Counted from the first letter of the stretch, positions 18,582 through 29,259 are shown. The stretch is 64,000 bases of DNA from Acidobacteriota bacterium (GCA_963663035.1 OY760074.1:2976001-3040000), one strand, 5' to 3'. Program-made: numbers and translations. The notes: a model not told the origin generated them from the letters alone.

Positions 18582-18712
18582 CCCGCTGCTCTCACACCAG
18601 GTCGTCGCGAAGCGGCGAAAGGACCGGCCTGACAAGGCGCTTGCGGGTCGCGGAACGCAGTCAGGTCAGATCATTGCGCCGATGCAGTAGAGCGGGCGTG
18701 AGAAGTGCGGGC
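18581..18712 (+). mobile_element. Structured repeat family A, copy A1 (132 bp, shortest form)
   Basis: Terminal IR gcccgc..ctcacacc / gtgagaagtgcgggc; core ctgacaagg..aacgcagtcag; first G completes the frdD TAG. Confidence 0.9.
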
Positions 18713-18719
18713 TCAGCCA

Positions 18720-20047
18720 TCAGTTGGGAAGGAAGATGTAGCGAAGAACAAACAGAACCGCAAAAAAAGAAATCAGAGCTGGCACTTCTTTAAATCTCCC
18801 CTCGACGGCCTTCAGCAGAGTGTAGGAGATAAATCCAAATGCGATGCCTTCGGTGATGCTGAAGGTCAGCGGCATGATCAGAATCGTCAGAAAAGCGGGA
18901 ATGGCCTCGCTGATCTGATCCCAATCGATACGCTTGACATTTCTCAGCATCAGGCAACCAACCATGATCAGGGCTGGAGCAACCACAGGATAAAGGACAA
19001 GACCTTCCCCGCTGTCCATCCCGCCCCCGATCATTTTCACCAGCGGTGTGAAGAAAATGGCAAGCAGGAACAATGTTCCCGTCACCATGTTGGCCAGTCC
19101 AGTCCGAGCACCGGCGCTGACCCCACTGGCACTCTCAATATAGCTCGTGACCGTAGAGGTTCCCAGGAGGGCGCCCGCCGTCGTACCCACGGCGTCGGAC
19201 AGCAGTGCCCAGCGCGCGCGGGAGGCTTCCGTCGGGCGCCAGAAGACCGGCTTCCTGAGTCACTCCAATCAATGTTCCAACCGTATCGAAGAGATCCAAA
19301 AAGAAGAATACGAAGATGATCGAAAGGATTCCCGCCTGGAAAGCACCCACCAGGTCCAGCTGGAAGAAAGTGGGTGCAATGGATGGCACGGGCCCAACAA
19401 GCCCCTCATACTCAATCATGCCTGTCCCCAGTGCTACCAGGAGGGTCATGAGGATTCCCAGGAGAATGGCCGTCCGCGCGCCCAGCGTGAGTAAGATTGC
19501 CATCAGCACCAGACCAAAGAAAGAGAGCAGCACCGGTGGTGAAGTCAGCTCCCCAAGCCCCACCAGGGTTCCGGGGGAATCCACCACAATACCGCTCCAC
19601 TCCAGTCCCACCACAGAGATCAGCAGGCCAATACCCACCGCAATCGCATTTTTTAGTGTAGAGGGAACGGCCTTGATTAGCCTTTCCCGGAGGCCAATGA
19701 AGGAGAGTAGGATAAAGAGTACTCCGGAGATGAAAACGGCTCCCAATGCTTCCTGCCAGCTATAGCCAAGAGTCAGAACCACGACATAGCTAAAGAAGAA
19801 ATTATGGCCCATGCCTGGTGCCAAGGCGATGGGATAGTTGGCCGCTAGCCCCATCACAAAGGTCGCCAGGGCACTGGCAATGCAAGTAGCGACCATGGGC
19901 CGACTCCAGATTCATCCCGGCCGCATTCATGACCACCGGCTGCACGAAAATGATGTAGGCTGACGTCATGAAGGTCGTCAGTCCTCCCGACATCTCGCGC
20001 TGTAAAGTGGTCTTGTTCTCCGTCAGCTTGAAAAGCCGTTCCCACAT
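18720..20047 (-). CDS. NCS2/AzgA-family purine permease, split by two frameshifts (probably sequencing errors)
   Basis: Three ORF pieces join into one permease (GLTTFMTSAYII, NYPIALAPGMG, DLFDTVGT, TSYIESASGV, MPLTFSI). Extra base in the GGG run near 19897; 2 nt missing in the (CG)n run near 19212-19220. Confidence 0.85.
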
Positions 20048-20220
20048 CAGGTTTCGAAAAGACAGTAAACGCAGTCCCCTATGATAACTTTCAGAGCATT
20101 GGGCCACCATCAGCAACTTGGGGAACTGCTCCTGTTCCCGGCATCCAAGCGAGTTGAAAGTCTACCGCGGTTTGGAGGCAACGACCAAGGGGTAAAAGAG
20201 TAGGGGTAAACCATCGATAG

Positions 20221-22425
20221 ATGTCCATCATGTTAGCAATCTATACTACGACCCTCTTTCTCAGTGCGGCCCTCATGTTTCTGGTGCAACCCATGTTTGG
20301 GAAGATGGTGTTGCCCCTACTGGGCGGATCACCCGCAGTATGGAACACGGAAGTGGTTTTTTGCCAAAGCCTCTTGTTGCTCGGTTACCTTTACACTCAT
20401 GTCACCTCACGCTGGCTTGATATCCGTCGACAGGCACTCCTCCAGTGCTTCCTGATCTTCCTGCCTCTTCTCGTTTTACCCATTGGGATCCAGCGGGGGG
20501 GGTTGCCTCCCCAAGGGGTCAATCCAATTCCCTGGCTCCTGTCACTCCTGGCAGTGACCCTGGGACTTCCCTTTTTCGTCGTCGCTACCACCAGCCCGAT
20601 GCTTCAAAGATGGTTCTCCGCCACCAGCCATCCCAAAGCAGGAGATCCCTATTTCTTGTATGCCGCCAGTAACGCAGGAAGCCTGGTGGGTCTTCTCGGA
20701 TACCCGGTACTCCTTGAGCCCTATCTCCCTCTGGAGGTCCAGGGTTGGGCATGGGAAGCTGGTTACGGGCTCCTGGTACTCCTGATGTTGGCTTGCGCCG
20801 TGACAGTGTGGAGATCCCCTAGGTCTCAGCCCCACGATCAGTCGCGAGCAGCTGGCCGGGAAGCTTCTCGGAATCCGAGACCTGTGACGTTCAGTCGGCC
20901 AATTCGATGGATGCTGGGAGCATTTGTTCCCTCAAGCTTGATGCTGAGTGTCACCACCTACCTTTCCACCAACATTGCACCGGTCCCGCTGCTTTGGGTG
21001 ATTCCGCTGGCTATCTACCTGATCACCTTCATTCTGGTGTTTGCTCGAAGAACCTTTGTGCCACACTCTGCCATGGTTCGCATTTTTCCCGCAGTGGTAC
21101 TCCCTTTGAGCATTGTCATTATCTTCCAGGCCACACAGCCCATCTGGTTGATGGTTGCGATTCACCTGATCGCCCTTTTCGTCACTTCCATGGTTTGTCA
21201 TGGAGCGGTTGCAAACGATCGCCCTGAGACAGCCCACCTAACTGAGTTTTATCTGTGGGTCTCCGTCGGCGGAGTTGTGGGAGGGATGTTCAACGCCTTT
21301 CTGGCACCCGTCTTGTTTCCGACACTCATAGAGTATCCTCTGGTGCTAGTCGGTGGTCTACTCCTCCTGGCATGGCCGGAAAGGGGCAAGCAGTTTCCCT
21401 TTAAATGGTCTGATGTTGCCTTTCCAGCCGGTCTTGGAGTCCTGGCAGGTGGTCTCATCCTGAGTATAGGGACCGCCCCATTTGCAGCCAACCCGCTGAG
21501 TCAGGCGGTGCTGTGGGGAGTCCCAGCCACGATTTGCTATAGCTTTTCGGCCAGACCTTTACGCTTCGCGCTCGGTTTGGGAGCCCTGTTCGTGGCCAGT
21601 TCCTTTTACACGCAAGGAGAAGGGAGTCTCCTGCACCGGGAGCGAACTTTTTTTGGAGTTCATAGCATCTTGCTTGATTCTCAGGGTTCCTACCATCTCC
21701 TTTCCCACAGCGGTACCCTCCACGGCAAGCAAAGCCTGGAGCCGTCTCGTCGGTGTGAGCCACTCACCTACTACCACATGACAGGTCCTCTCGGGCAACT
21801 CTTTGCAGCTTTTCGTGATGAGGCAACAGGGTGGCGAGTGGGCGCTATCGGACTTGGTACAGGATCGATCGCATCCTATCGCAAGCCTGGCCAGGAGTGG
21901 ACTTTTTACGAAGTCGATCCCACTGTGGTGAAACTGGCTAGTGATCCTCGCTATTTCACTTACTTAAGTGACTGCAGCAGTGACGTCAAGGTGGTAATGG
22001 GCGACGCCCGCTTATCCTTAACCCAGGAGCCCAGCCACCAGTTCGACTTGTTAGTCCTTGATGCTTACAACTCGGACTCGATCCCCATTCACCTGATTAC
22101 TCAGGAAGCGCTCCAACTCTACCTGGATAAAATGACGGACCACGGGCTCCTCATCTTTCACATCTCCAATCAGTACCTGGATCTCAGTCCTGTGGTGGGA
22201 AATCTAGCCCAGAATCAGGGGCTGGTGTGCCTACTACAAAATGACTTGAATCTCTCTGAGCAGCAGAGACTGTCGGGAAAGGAACCCTCCCAATGGGCCG
22301 TAATGGCCCGTAACCTGGAGGATCTGGGCTCACTGGGAGACGACCCCCGCTGGGAGCGGGTAAGGGGCTCAGACGGGCCCGTATGGACTGACAGTTATTC
22401 GAGCATCTTCAACGTCTTGAAATAA
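20221..22425 (+). CDS. Fused multi-TM / spermidine-synthase-like SAM-dependent domain protein
   Basis: LMFLVQPMFGK..LGGSPAVWNT, IGLGTGS, YEVDP, GDARL, LVLDAY, WTD. Confidence 0.88.
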   Translation: MSIMLAIYTTTLFLSAALMFLVQPMFGKMVLPLLGGSPAVWNTEVVFCQSLLLLGYLYTHVTSRWLDIRRQALLQCFLIFLPLLVLPIGIQRGGLPPQGVNPIPWLLSLLAVTLGLPFFVVATTSPMLQRWFSATSHPKAGDPYFLYAASNAGSLVGLLGYPVLLEPYLPLEVQGWAWEAGYGLLVLLMLACAVTVWRSPRSQPHDQSRAAGREASRNPRPVTFSRPIRWMLGAFVPSSLMLSVTTYLSTNIAPVPLLWVIPLAIYLITFILVFARRTFVPHSAMVRIFPAVVLPLSIVIIFQATQPIWLMVAIHLIALFVTSMVCHGAVANDRPETAHLTEFYLWVSVGGVVGGMFNAFLAPVLFPTLIEYPLVLVGGLLLLAWPERGKQFPFKWSDVAFPAGLGVLAGGLILSIGTAPFAANPLSQAVLWGVPATICYSFSARPLRFALGLGALFVASSFYTQGEGSLLHRERTFFGVHSILLDSQGSYHLLSHSGTLHGKQSLEPSRRCEPLTYYHMTGPLGQLFAAFRDEATGWRVGAIGLGTGSIASYRKPGQEWTFYEVDPTVVKLASDPRYFTYLSDCSSDVKVVMGDARLSLTQEPSHQFDLLVLDAYNSDSIPIHLITQEALQLYLDKMTDHGLLIFHISNQYLDLSPVVGNLAQNQGLVCLLQNDLNLSEQQRLSGKEPSQWAVMARNLEDLGSLGDDPRWERVRGSDGPVWTDSYSSIFNVLK

Positions 22426-23259
22426 GAACTTCAACACGGCACCTGTGAACTCGATCGGTTTCTCTCTTGGAGGCCAGTGCCCACATTTCTCGAAAACGCT
22501 CAATTGGGAATCGGGAATCAACTGGTGAGCTTTCTTCGCCCACTTGACAGGTATCAACCTGTCATTCGATCCATGGACAATGAGTGTCGGCGAGGTGATC
22601 TCGGCCAGTCTGTTGAGAAGATTGTTGCGAAAGCCGGACCAATCCATCTCATGTTCAACATAGGAGCTCCAAGCCTGTCCCCCGCCGCTTGTGGCAATAG
22701 ATTGCGAAATTTCGGTGACAAGCTCTTCCGTAATGACTTGCGGGTCATGCACGAGGTTTCGCAAGCTGCATCGGATGGCGGGTCTACTGCGGACAGCGAT
22801 TTTCCGCACTGTGTCGTAGAAAGTGGGCATTTTCACCATCAGCCTGGCCAGAGTTCGCCAGCGCCACCGGGTACCTAAGCCGGCACTACTAACCAGGATC
22901 AGCTTTTCTGCTGTGGAGGGAAACTGCAGAGTGAAGCTAGCAGCAATGTGCCCTCCCAAAGAAAGTCCCACCAGGGAGAACTCGTTGAGTCCCAGGTCCT
23001 GAACAAAGTGGTTGAGAAAGTCAGTGTAGTACTCGATGGTGTAGTCGACGCCGGGTCTGGCGCTTTCTCCATACCCAGGCAAATCTGGAGCAATAACCCG
23101 GCAGGTCTGCGAAAACAGGCCCATTGAGGAATGCCAGGACAAGGAGGCAGAATCAGTACCGCCTCCATGAAGCAGGACCACGGGACGGCCCGTTGATCCC
23201 GCCGCCAGGTAGTGGGTTCGAACACCCCCGATTTCAGTCCAAAACTCTCTAACCACCAT
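22369..23259 (-). CDS. Alpha/beta fold hydrolase
   Basis: LLHGGG, PDLPGYGES, GLSLGG nucleophile, HGSND, CGHW. Confidence 0.92.
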   Translation of the reverse strand: MVVREFWTEIGGVRTHYLAAGSTGRPVVLLHGGGTDSASLSWHSSMGLFSQTCRVIAPDLPGYGESARPGVDYTIEYYTDFLNHFVQDLGLNEFSLVGLSLGGHIAASFTLQFPSTAEKLILVSSAGLGTRWRWRTLARLMVKMPTFYDTVRKIAVRSRPAIRCSLRNLVHDPQVITEELVTEISQSIATSGGGQAWSSYVEHEMDWSGFRNNLLNRLAEITSPTLIVHGSNDRLIPVKWAKKAHQLIPDSQLSVFEKCGHWPPREKPIEFTGAVLKFLFQDVEDARITVSPYGPV

Positions 23260-23286
23260 GATGAGAAAAACACTTATAATTAGAAC

Positions 23287-23904
23287 ATGGCCTGGGTCCG
23301 CTTTTGTTCATTCTGGATTTACCCTTCTCTTGTTTGTCTCCTCTTGCTCCTCTCACCTCAACAGGTGCCAAGATGGATGGACCTCCTCTGGTTAGTCCCA
23401 ATGGGTCTCTTTTTCTGGAGCCTTCTAGAGTATGCCCTGCATCGTCTTTTCTTCCACTGGACTCCTCACCATCGCAAACTCAAACGGATAGTACAAGCCC
23501 TTCATCTCAGCCATCACACAGATCCCAGAAATCCCGACAAGATCCTCATTAGACCCACCTACAGCTTGCCTATTTCCGCTCTCGTTTTAGGAAGTTGCTA
23601 TGCCCTGACGGGAAGTCTTTTTTCAGCCAGTGCATTGCTGTCCGGCGTTTGGCTGGGATTTCTCTATTACGAGTGGGTACACTACCGCTTACACCTGAGC
23701 AAGACCGCCAAAGGTTCGCTCAAGTACCAACGTGGCTGGCATTTCTTTCATCACTTCGTCGACCAGGAAAATTGCTTTGGCGTGACCTCACCCGTGTGGG
23801 ACTTGGTTTTCGGAACCTATCGACGAATTAACTTCAGCAGTTCCCGAAGGGCTGCCGGTAAAACGGTAGTGGCGTCACCCTCAATGCGAAGATCGGCAAG
23901 CTGA
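23287..23904 (+). CDS. Fatty acid hydroxylase / sterol desaturase family protein
   Basis: His boxes EYALHRLFFH, HLSHH, YEWVHYRLH, HFFHH, FGVTSPVWDLVFGT. Confidence 0.9.
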   Translation: MAWVRFCSFWIYPSLVCLLLLLSPQQVPRWMDLLWLVPMGLFFWSLLEYALHRLFFHWTPHHRKLKRIVQALHLSHHTDPRNPDKILIRPTYSLPISALVLGSCYALTGSLFSASALLSGVWLGFLYYEWVHYRLHLSKTAKGSLKYQRGWHFFHHFVDQENCFGVTSPVWDLVFGTYRRINFSSSRRAAGKTVVASPSMRRSAS

Positions 23905-24581
23905 TCTTGGGCGGTAGGACCCTGATTGACAATGATGTAGACCGCTCCCTGCTCCTTGGCCGAGCGAGGCACAGAGGCCGCCGGTTCCACTTCAAGAGTG
24001 GATCCAATGGCGAGAACCAGGTCGGCACGGGAGGCGGCCGAGAAGGCCTCCCTCAATTTTTCATGAGGCATGGCCTGTCCGAAGGAGATGGTAGCCGGTT
24101 TGAGGAAACCTTCACACCGACAAAGTGGAGGCTCACGGGTGCGTTCGAACTCCTCAAAAATGGAGCTCGGATCAGAGAGCTGGCCACAAGTCTGGCACTC
24201 AATCTTCCGATTGGTGCCGTGCAGCTCGATGACTCTGTCCTCAGAGTGTCCGGCCAGCTGGTGTAGTCCATCAATATTCTGTGTGACCAGTACTTCCAGA
24301 CGTCCCATCCCGTCTAACTCGAACAGGGCAAGGTGGGCTGGATTGGGTTCGGCGTCGCGAAACTGATGCCACCCCTCGAGTTTGTAGTCCCAGTGGCGGA
24401 TGCGTGCCTCGCGCGAGGTCATAAATTCATCGTAGTAGACGGGCCGCCATGTTTTCCACAGACCCTGAGGACCTCGGAAGTCGGGAATGCCCGACCCGGT
24501 TGAGATACCTGCCCCAGTAAAAATAAGGACTCGACGGGCATCACTGAGAAGGCTGGCTACTTGATTTGACTTAGCCCGCAC
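23817..24581 (-). CDS. cobB: NAD-dependent protein deacylase (Sir2 family)
   Basis: TGAGISTGSGIPDFRG, TQNIDGLH, ELHG, CxxC..CxC; GTG start lies inside repeat A2. Confidence 0.92.
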   Translation of the reverse strand: MRAKSNQVASLLSDARRVLIFTGAGISTGSGIPDFRGPQGLWKTWRPVYYDEFMTSREARIRHWDYKLEGWHQFRDAEPNPAHLALFELDGMGRLEVLVTQNIDGLHQLAGHSEDRVIELHGTNRKIECQTCGQLSDPSSIFEEFERTREPPLCRCEGFLKPATISFGQAMPHEKLREAFSAASRADLVLAIGSTLEVEPAASVPRSAKEQGAVYIIVNQGPTAQDQLADLRIEGDATTVLPAALRELLKLIRR

Positions 24582-24726
24582 TTCTCACACCCCCTCTACT
24601 GCAGCGGCGCAATGATCCGACCTGACTGCGTTGCGTTCGGTCGGCCTCCTCAACGTACTCAAGAGTACGTTTGCGGGGGTCGACCCTTCCGCCGCTTCGC
24701 GACGACCTGGTGTGAGAAATGCGGGC
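24574..24726 (-). mobile_element. Structured repeat family A, copy A2 (153 bp)
   Basis: IR gcccgcacttctcacacc / ggtgtgagaaatgcgggc; flanks TTA and TAA; carries the aacgtactcaagagtacgtt hairpin. Confidence 0.93.
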
Positions 24727-24734
24727 TAACATCG

Positions 24735-25613
24735 TTAGGCACTACGCAACACTATGACAGGTCTCAACTGATTGGTCGGGCCTGACTGCCCGATGGCAAC
24801 CAGCTCCTGGTGGTGGAAAAGCCGGTAGAACTCTTCCTGGACTTTACTGTTCCCAGGAATTTCATTTCCGTGTCGTACTCGCTTTGCCTGCTGCTCGTCA
24901 AGATCGATGCGGGGAAGTTCGGGTAGAAGTTTCTCCATTGGCAGTAAGGCTTCTCGCCACTGACTCTCAATCCCTTCCAGCTGCAGGGCTCCAGAAAGAT
25001 CAAAGCAGCCACAGCGAGTACGACGGAGGTTTCGAAGATAAGCTCCACAGCTTAGCTTCTTCCCTATCTCGTGGGCAAGAGAGCGGATGTAAGTACCGGA
25101 CGAGCAGTGAACTCGCAGGCTCCAGATCTCTCTAGTTTGTTCAAGCAAGTCGATCCGATAAACGGAAACGGTTCGCCAGGGACGATCTATCTCCAGCTTT
25201 TGCCTGGCCAGTTGGTAGAGTTTTTTCCCACCCACCTTTACGGCCGAAAACATGGGAGGCTGTTGTTGAATCTCTCCGGTGAATTCCTCCAGTACCTCTT
25301 GTGCTTGCTGAGGGGATATTTCAGGCACGGACCTCTCCCGGATGACCTCACCTTCAGCATCCAAGGTATCAGTAGTCTGGCCGAGTTGGATTTCAGCGAG
25401 ATACTCCTTGTCGCTCGACTGGAAGAAACGGGTCAAGCGAGTGGTCCGTCCAAGTAATAGGGGCAAGACTCCGCTCGCCAGAGGATCGAGAGTTCCGGTG
25501 TGACCGACCTTGGTTTTCAAAAGTGCACGGGCCCGCGCTACGATGTCATGAGAGGTGGGACCTGAGGGTTTATCGACAACTAGCGCACCACAGAGAGAGT
25601 CGTGGTTGGTCAT
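24735..25613 (-). CDS. truB: tRNA pseudouridine(55) synthase
   Basis: DKPSGPTSHD, KVGHTGTLDPLASG, PPMFSAVK, CSSGTYIRSL. Confidence 0.96.
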   Translation of the reverse strand: MTNHDSLCGALVVDKPSGPTSHDIVARARALLKTKVGHTGTLDPLASGVLPLLLGRTTRLTRFFQSSDKEYLAEIQLGQTTDTLDAEGEVIRERSVPEISPQQAQEVLEEFTGEIQQQPPMFSAVKVGGKKLYQLARQKLEIDRPWRTVSVYRIDLLEQTREIWSLRVHCSSGTYIRSLAHEIGKKLSCGAYLRNLRRTRCGCFDLSGALQLEGIESQWREALLPMEKLLPELPRIDLDEQQAKRVRHGNEIPGNSKVQEEFYRLFHHQELVAIGQSGPTNQLRPVIVLRSA

Positions 25614-26635
25614 CCATCGTCTGCCAGTGGTTTGATGGTCTGGTGTGCTGTTGCCGGTAGCTGCTCGTCTGTGCCATCCAGCAGTTTGTTCAATTCGAAG
25701 ACCACTTTCTCGACAGCCTCCTGCCGGTTTCCCTTCACCAACAGGCCAGCCGCGTTCTTGTGGCCACCGCCGCCAAAAGTTTCAGCTACGGAGCCAACAT
25801 CGTAGTGGTTCTTAGATCTCAAGCTTACCCGGAAGTGATCATTTCCCTCTTCACGGAAGAAAGCAGCTACATCAACCCCCTCCATAGAGAGGGGATAGTC
25901 GACGATACCTTCCATGTCATTTGCGGAGGCTCCCGTCTTGGCCAACATTTCCTGGGTCAGCGTGATAGAGGCGATTCTCTTGGAAGTATGGACCTCCAAT
26001 GTATTCAGGAGCAGACCCAGGACCTGGAGCCTGGAATGAGGCCTGGTCATGTAAACGGCTTGAGCAATGGCTGCGGAATCCGCTCCATTCTTCACCAGAT
26101 CCCCAGCGATGAGAAAAGTTTTGGCCCGGGTATTGGAATACTGGAAGGATCCGGTGTCAGTGACGACAGCGACGTAGAGGTTGGTAGCAATCTCGGGTGT
26201 CAGATCGACTGAGAGCGCTTGGGTCAGCTCGTATATCATCTCTCCCACGGCTGCCGCCGATGAGTCCAGCCAATTGAGATCTCCAAAGGGTTCGGTCTTG
26301 GGATGGTGGTCAATGTTGATGACAAAGTACTCCCCGAGGCCTCGGAGATTAGGCCGTTTCAGGTCATTGCACTCAAGGACAAACAGACCATCGTAGCTCC
26401 CGTCAACAGCATCGGTGACACTAACTTTCTCTATTCCGGGAAGACACTGATAAGGGCGTGGATGAGGATCTGAATTGAATACAGACGCACTTTTACCGAG
26501 CTTTTCCAGGGTCAGAGCCAATCCCAGTTCTGAGCCAAGCGCATCTCCGTCCGGACGAGCATGCGCAGTAATGGCAAAGCGCTCGTGATCTTGAATGAAG
26601 CGGATGATCTCGTCCATGGACATGGTTTTCTTCAA
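25610..26635 (-). CDS. nrnA: DHH/DHHA1 bifunctional oligoribonuclease/PAP phosphatase
   Basis: HARPDGDALGS, NIDHH, TDTGSF, GGGH. Confidence 0.9.
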   Translation of the reverse strand: MKKTMSMDEIIRFIQDHERFAITAHARPDGDALGSELGLALTLEKLGKSASVFNSDPHPRPYQCLPGIEKVSVTDAVDGSYDGLFVLECNDLKRPNLRGLGEYFVINIDHHPKTEPFGDLNWLDSSAAAVGEMIYELTQALSVDLTPEIATNLYVAVVTDTGSFQYSNTRAKTFLIAGDLVKNGADSAAIAQAVYMTRPHSRLQVLGLLLNTLEVHTSKRIASITLTQEMLAKTGASANDMEGIVDYPLSMEGVDVAAFFREEGNDHFRVSLRSKNHYDVGSVAETFGGGGHKNAAGLLVKGNRQEAVEKVVFELNKLLDGTDEQLPATAHQTIKPLADDG

Positions 26636-26731
26636 CTCTAACCAGTATATATACTAACCATTTCCTGAGACCTAGTTCTAATTGAAAACAAAGAAAAGTC
26701 TTTTTCTACCAGTGGAAAGACGCAGGAAAGA

Positions 26732-29236
26732 CTACTTTAATTCCGGTGGGACTTCCTCTTGGTAAAAGGCTTCAATCACGTCACCGACCTTGATGTCGTT
26801 GAAGTTGGTGATGGAAATACCGCATTCGTATCCCTCTTTGACTTCATTGACATCATCTTTGAAGCGGCGCAAAGAATCGATCTCACCTGTGTAAAGGATC
26901 ACGTTGTCGCGCAGGAGACGAACCTCCGCACTCCGCTTAATGAGACCGCTCTGCATATAGCTCCCGGCAATGGTCCCGAACTTCGGCACCTTGAAGGTCT
27001 CGCGAACCTCGGCTCGACCAAGATCCTTTTCTCGATAGGTCGGATCCAGAAGACCCAGCATAGCTTGTGTGATTTCGTCAGACACCTCGTAGATCACGGT
27101 GTACAACCTGACATCAACTTTCTCGTGCTCTGCAACCTCCCTGGCGGCTGGTTCAGGGCGCACGTTGAATCCCACAATGATAGCCTTGGAAGCAGAAGCA
27201 AGCAGGACATCCGACTCGGAAACGCCTCCCACGGCAGTGTGAATGATCTTTACCTGAACTTTCTCACTACTCAATTTGTTCAGGGTGTCCTGTAAAACCT
27301 CAAGAGAGCCCTGTGAATCCGCCTTCAGGACAATGCGAAGCTCCTTGACTTCTCCGGCCTCCATTTGAAGATGGAGGTCCTCCAGAGTGAGCGTGGAAGA
27401 ACTGCCGAGTTCCTGAGATCTGACCTGCTGTTGTCGATAGTCTCCAATCTCCCGCGCTTTGGCGGCGCCCTCGACGACCTGAAAAGCATCGCCGGCCTGA
27501 GGCAACCTCTGCAACCCCAGGATTTCGACCGCACTACCTGGCCCGGCCTCAGTGATGGTCTTTCGGCGGTCATCGAACATGGCCTTGACTTTTCCATAAG
27601 CCGCTCCAGCAATGAAAGAATCTCCAATCTTAAGAGTTCCACTTTGGATCAGAATGCTGGCCATCGTTCCGCGCCCTCGATCTAGCCTGGCTTCCAAAAC
27701 GACCCCCGAGCCTGATCGTTTTGGATTCGCCTTCAGCTCCAAAAGATCAGCCGACAACAGAATCATCTCAAGGAGCAAGTCGAGGTTGGTCTTTTCCTTT
27801 GCGGACACTTCAACCATGACCGTGTCACCACCCCACTCTTCTGCCACCAACTCGTACTCCGTCAACTCTTGCCTGACGCGTTGGGAATCCGCCTCCGGCT
27901 TATCAATCTTATTCAAAGCAATGATGATGGGAACTCCAGCAGCTCGGGCGTGATCGATAGCCTCCACAGTCTGCGGCATGACCCCATCATCAGCAGCCAC
28001 GACCAAGACCACAAGGTCCGTCACTTGAGCTCCACGAGCGCGCATTCTGGTGAAAGCCGCATGGCCCGGAGTATCGATAAAGACAATCCTGCGACCTTTC
28101 GCATCGACATGGTAAGCACCGATTTGCTGCGTGATCCCTCCTGCCTCACCATCTGCCACTTGGGTCTCCCGAATCGCATCCAGCAGGGAAGTTTTGCCAT
28201 GATCGACATGGCCCATGACGGTCACCACAGGAGGCCGCTCGGCCAGATCCTTGGGGAACTCCTTGACCTGATCCTCCTCAACCGCTGCCTCCTCAAAGGA
28301 CATGAATTGTGGGATCACATTGTGAACTTCACAGATCTCCTGAACGATTTCCTTCCCCAGGGTTTGGTTGATGGCGACCATCAGGCCTCGGGAAAAGAGT
28401 TCCTTGATCAACTCGTTGCTCTTGACCCGGAGTTTTTCACCCAGTTCCTTGACCGTTATCTTCTCTGAAAAAGCCACTTCACGAGGCCCGCTGACATCTT
28501 CCGGCTCAGCTGTCTCCGAGACTGGAGCTTCTTTCGCTTCCTCGACGCCCTGGGCCTCAGCAATCTCCTCACTGACCGGTTCAGTCTCTAATTCCTGAGC
28601 TTTTTCTTCGCCCGCTGGGGCCTCAATGGGCTCCTTCGTCACTTCGGCCGCTGGTTCCAGCTCCTCCCGAGCCTTGCGAAGAGCAGCTCGTTCGGGCTGA
28701 ACTTCTTTCCTGGCAGCCATCTTCTCCAGCTCTTCCCGGGTGAGCTTGTGCATGGCCTTCTCCAAGACCTCAGCAGAGACATGGGCTTCTACCTTCTCAA
28801 TAACCGGCTCATCCTCGATAGTGACTGCTACTCTGAGGGGAACTTCCTCCTCCACAATTTCAAGTTTTCGGTAACTAGCTTTCCCTTTACGCGGCTTCAG
28901 AGAGGACTTCCAAGGGCTGGCAGCGGGCTCTTCTTCTTCTTTAACTGCTTTAGCCCTCTTGCGCGGTGTGCCCAGCTGCTTGATGCTCTTGCGTGTCTTG
29001 GCGGAGGCCACCTTTTTCTTTTCCTTCTTTTCCTTTTCTTCTCTGGTCCTTTCCTCTACCTGCTGTTCAAGTTCCACCATGAGCTGCAGGCGGCGCCGGA
29101 TGCGATCAGCGATGTCGTGATCAAGAGGGGTATCTGGTGAAGGGACCCAGACTCCGACCTTCTTAAGCTCGGATATCACCACCGTATTTCTCATTTCAAA
29201 TTCGGAGGCGAGCTCGCTGACTTTAGTTTCTTGCAT
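26732..29236 (-). CDS. infB: Translation initiation factor IF-2
   Basis: RPPVVTVMGHVDHGKTSLLD, DTPGH, NKID, SLRRFKDDV. Confidence 0.97.
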   Translation of the reverse strand: MQETKVSELASEFEMRNTVVISELKKVGVWVPSPDTPLDHDIADRIRRRLQLMVELEQQVEERTREEKEKKEKKKVASAKTRKSIKQLGTPRKRAKAVKEEEEPAASPWKSSLKPRKGKASYRKLEIVEEEVPLRVAVTIEDEPVIEKVEAHVSAEVLEKAMHKLTREELEKMAARKEVQPERAALRKAREELEPAAEVTKEPIEAPAGEEKAQELETEPVSEEIAEAQGVEEAKEAPVSETAEPEDVSGPREVAFSEKITVKELGEKLRVKSNELIKELFSRGLMVAINQTLGKEIVQEICEVHNVIPQFMSFEEAAVEEDQVKEFPKDLAERPPVVTVMGHVDHGKTSLLDAIRETQVADGEAGGITQQIGAYHVDAKGRRIVFIDTPGHAAFTRMRARGAQVTDLVVLVVAADDGVMPQTVEAIDHARAAGVPIIIALNKIDKPEADSQRVRQELTEYELVAEEWGGDTVMVEVSAKEKTNLDLLLEMILLSADLLELKANPKRSGSGVVLEARLDRGRGTMASILIQSGTLKIGDSFIAGAAYGKVKAMFDDRRKTITEAGPGSAVEILGLQRLPQAGDAFQVVEGAAKAREIGDYRQQQVRSQELGSSSTLTLEDLHLQMEAGEVKELRIVLKADSQGSLEVLQDTLNKLSSEKVQVKIIHTAVGGVSESDVLLASASKAIIVGFNVRPEPAAREVAEHEKVDVRLYTVIYEVSDEITQAMLGLLDPTYREKDLGRAEVRETFKVPKFGTIAGSYMQSGLIKRSAEVRLLRDNVILYTGEIDSLRRFKDDVNEVKEGYECGISITNFNDIKVGDVIEAFYQEEVPPELK

Positions 29237-29259
29237 TTCTCAACCTTGGGGAACCTTTC

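Noticed and set aside
18720-20047. NCS2 permease and rsmE (near 53268) as pseudogenes or programmed frameshifts
   Set aside because: All breaks fall in homopolymer or dinucleotide runs and the proteins are otherwise intact, typical of long-read errors. Reads are needed to be certain.
22369-23904. Convergent 3' overlaps (57 bp and 88 bp) as antisense regulation
   Set aside because: The overlapping tails are non-conserved extensions, and such overlaps are common in compact genomes.
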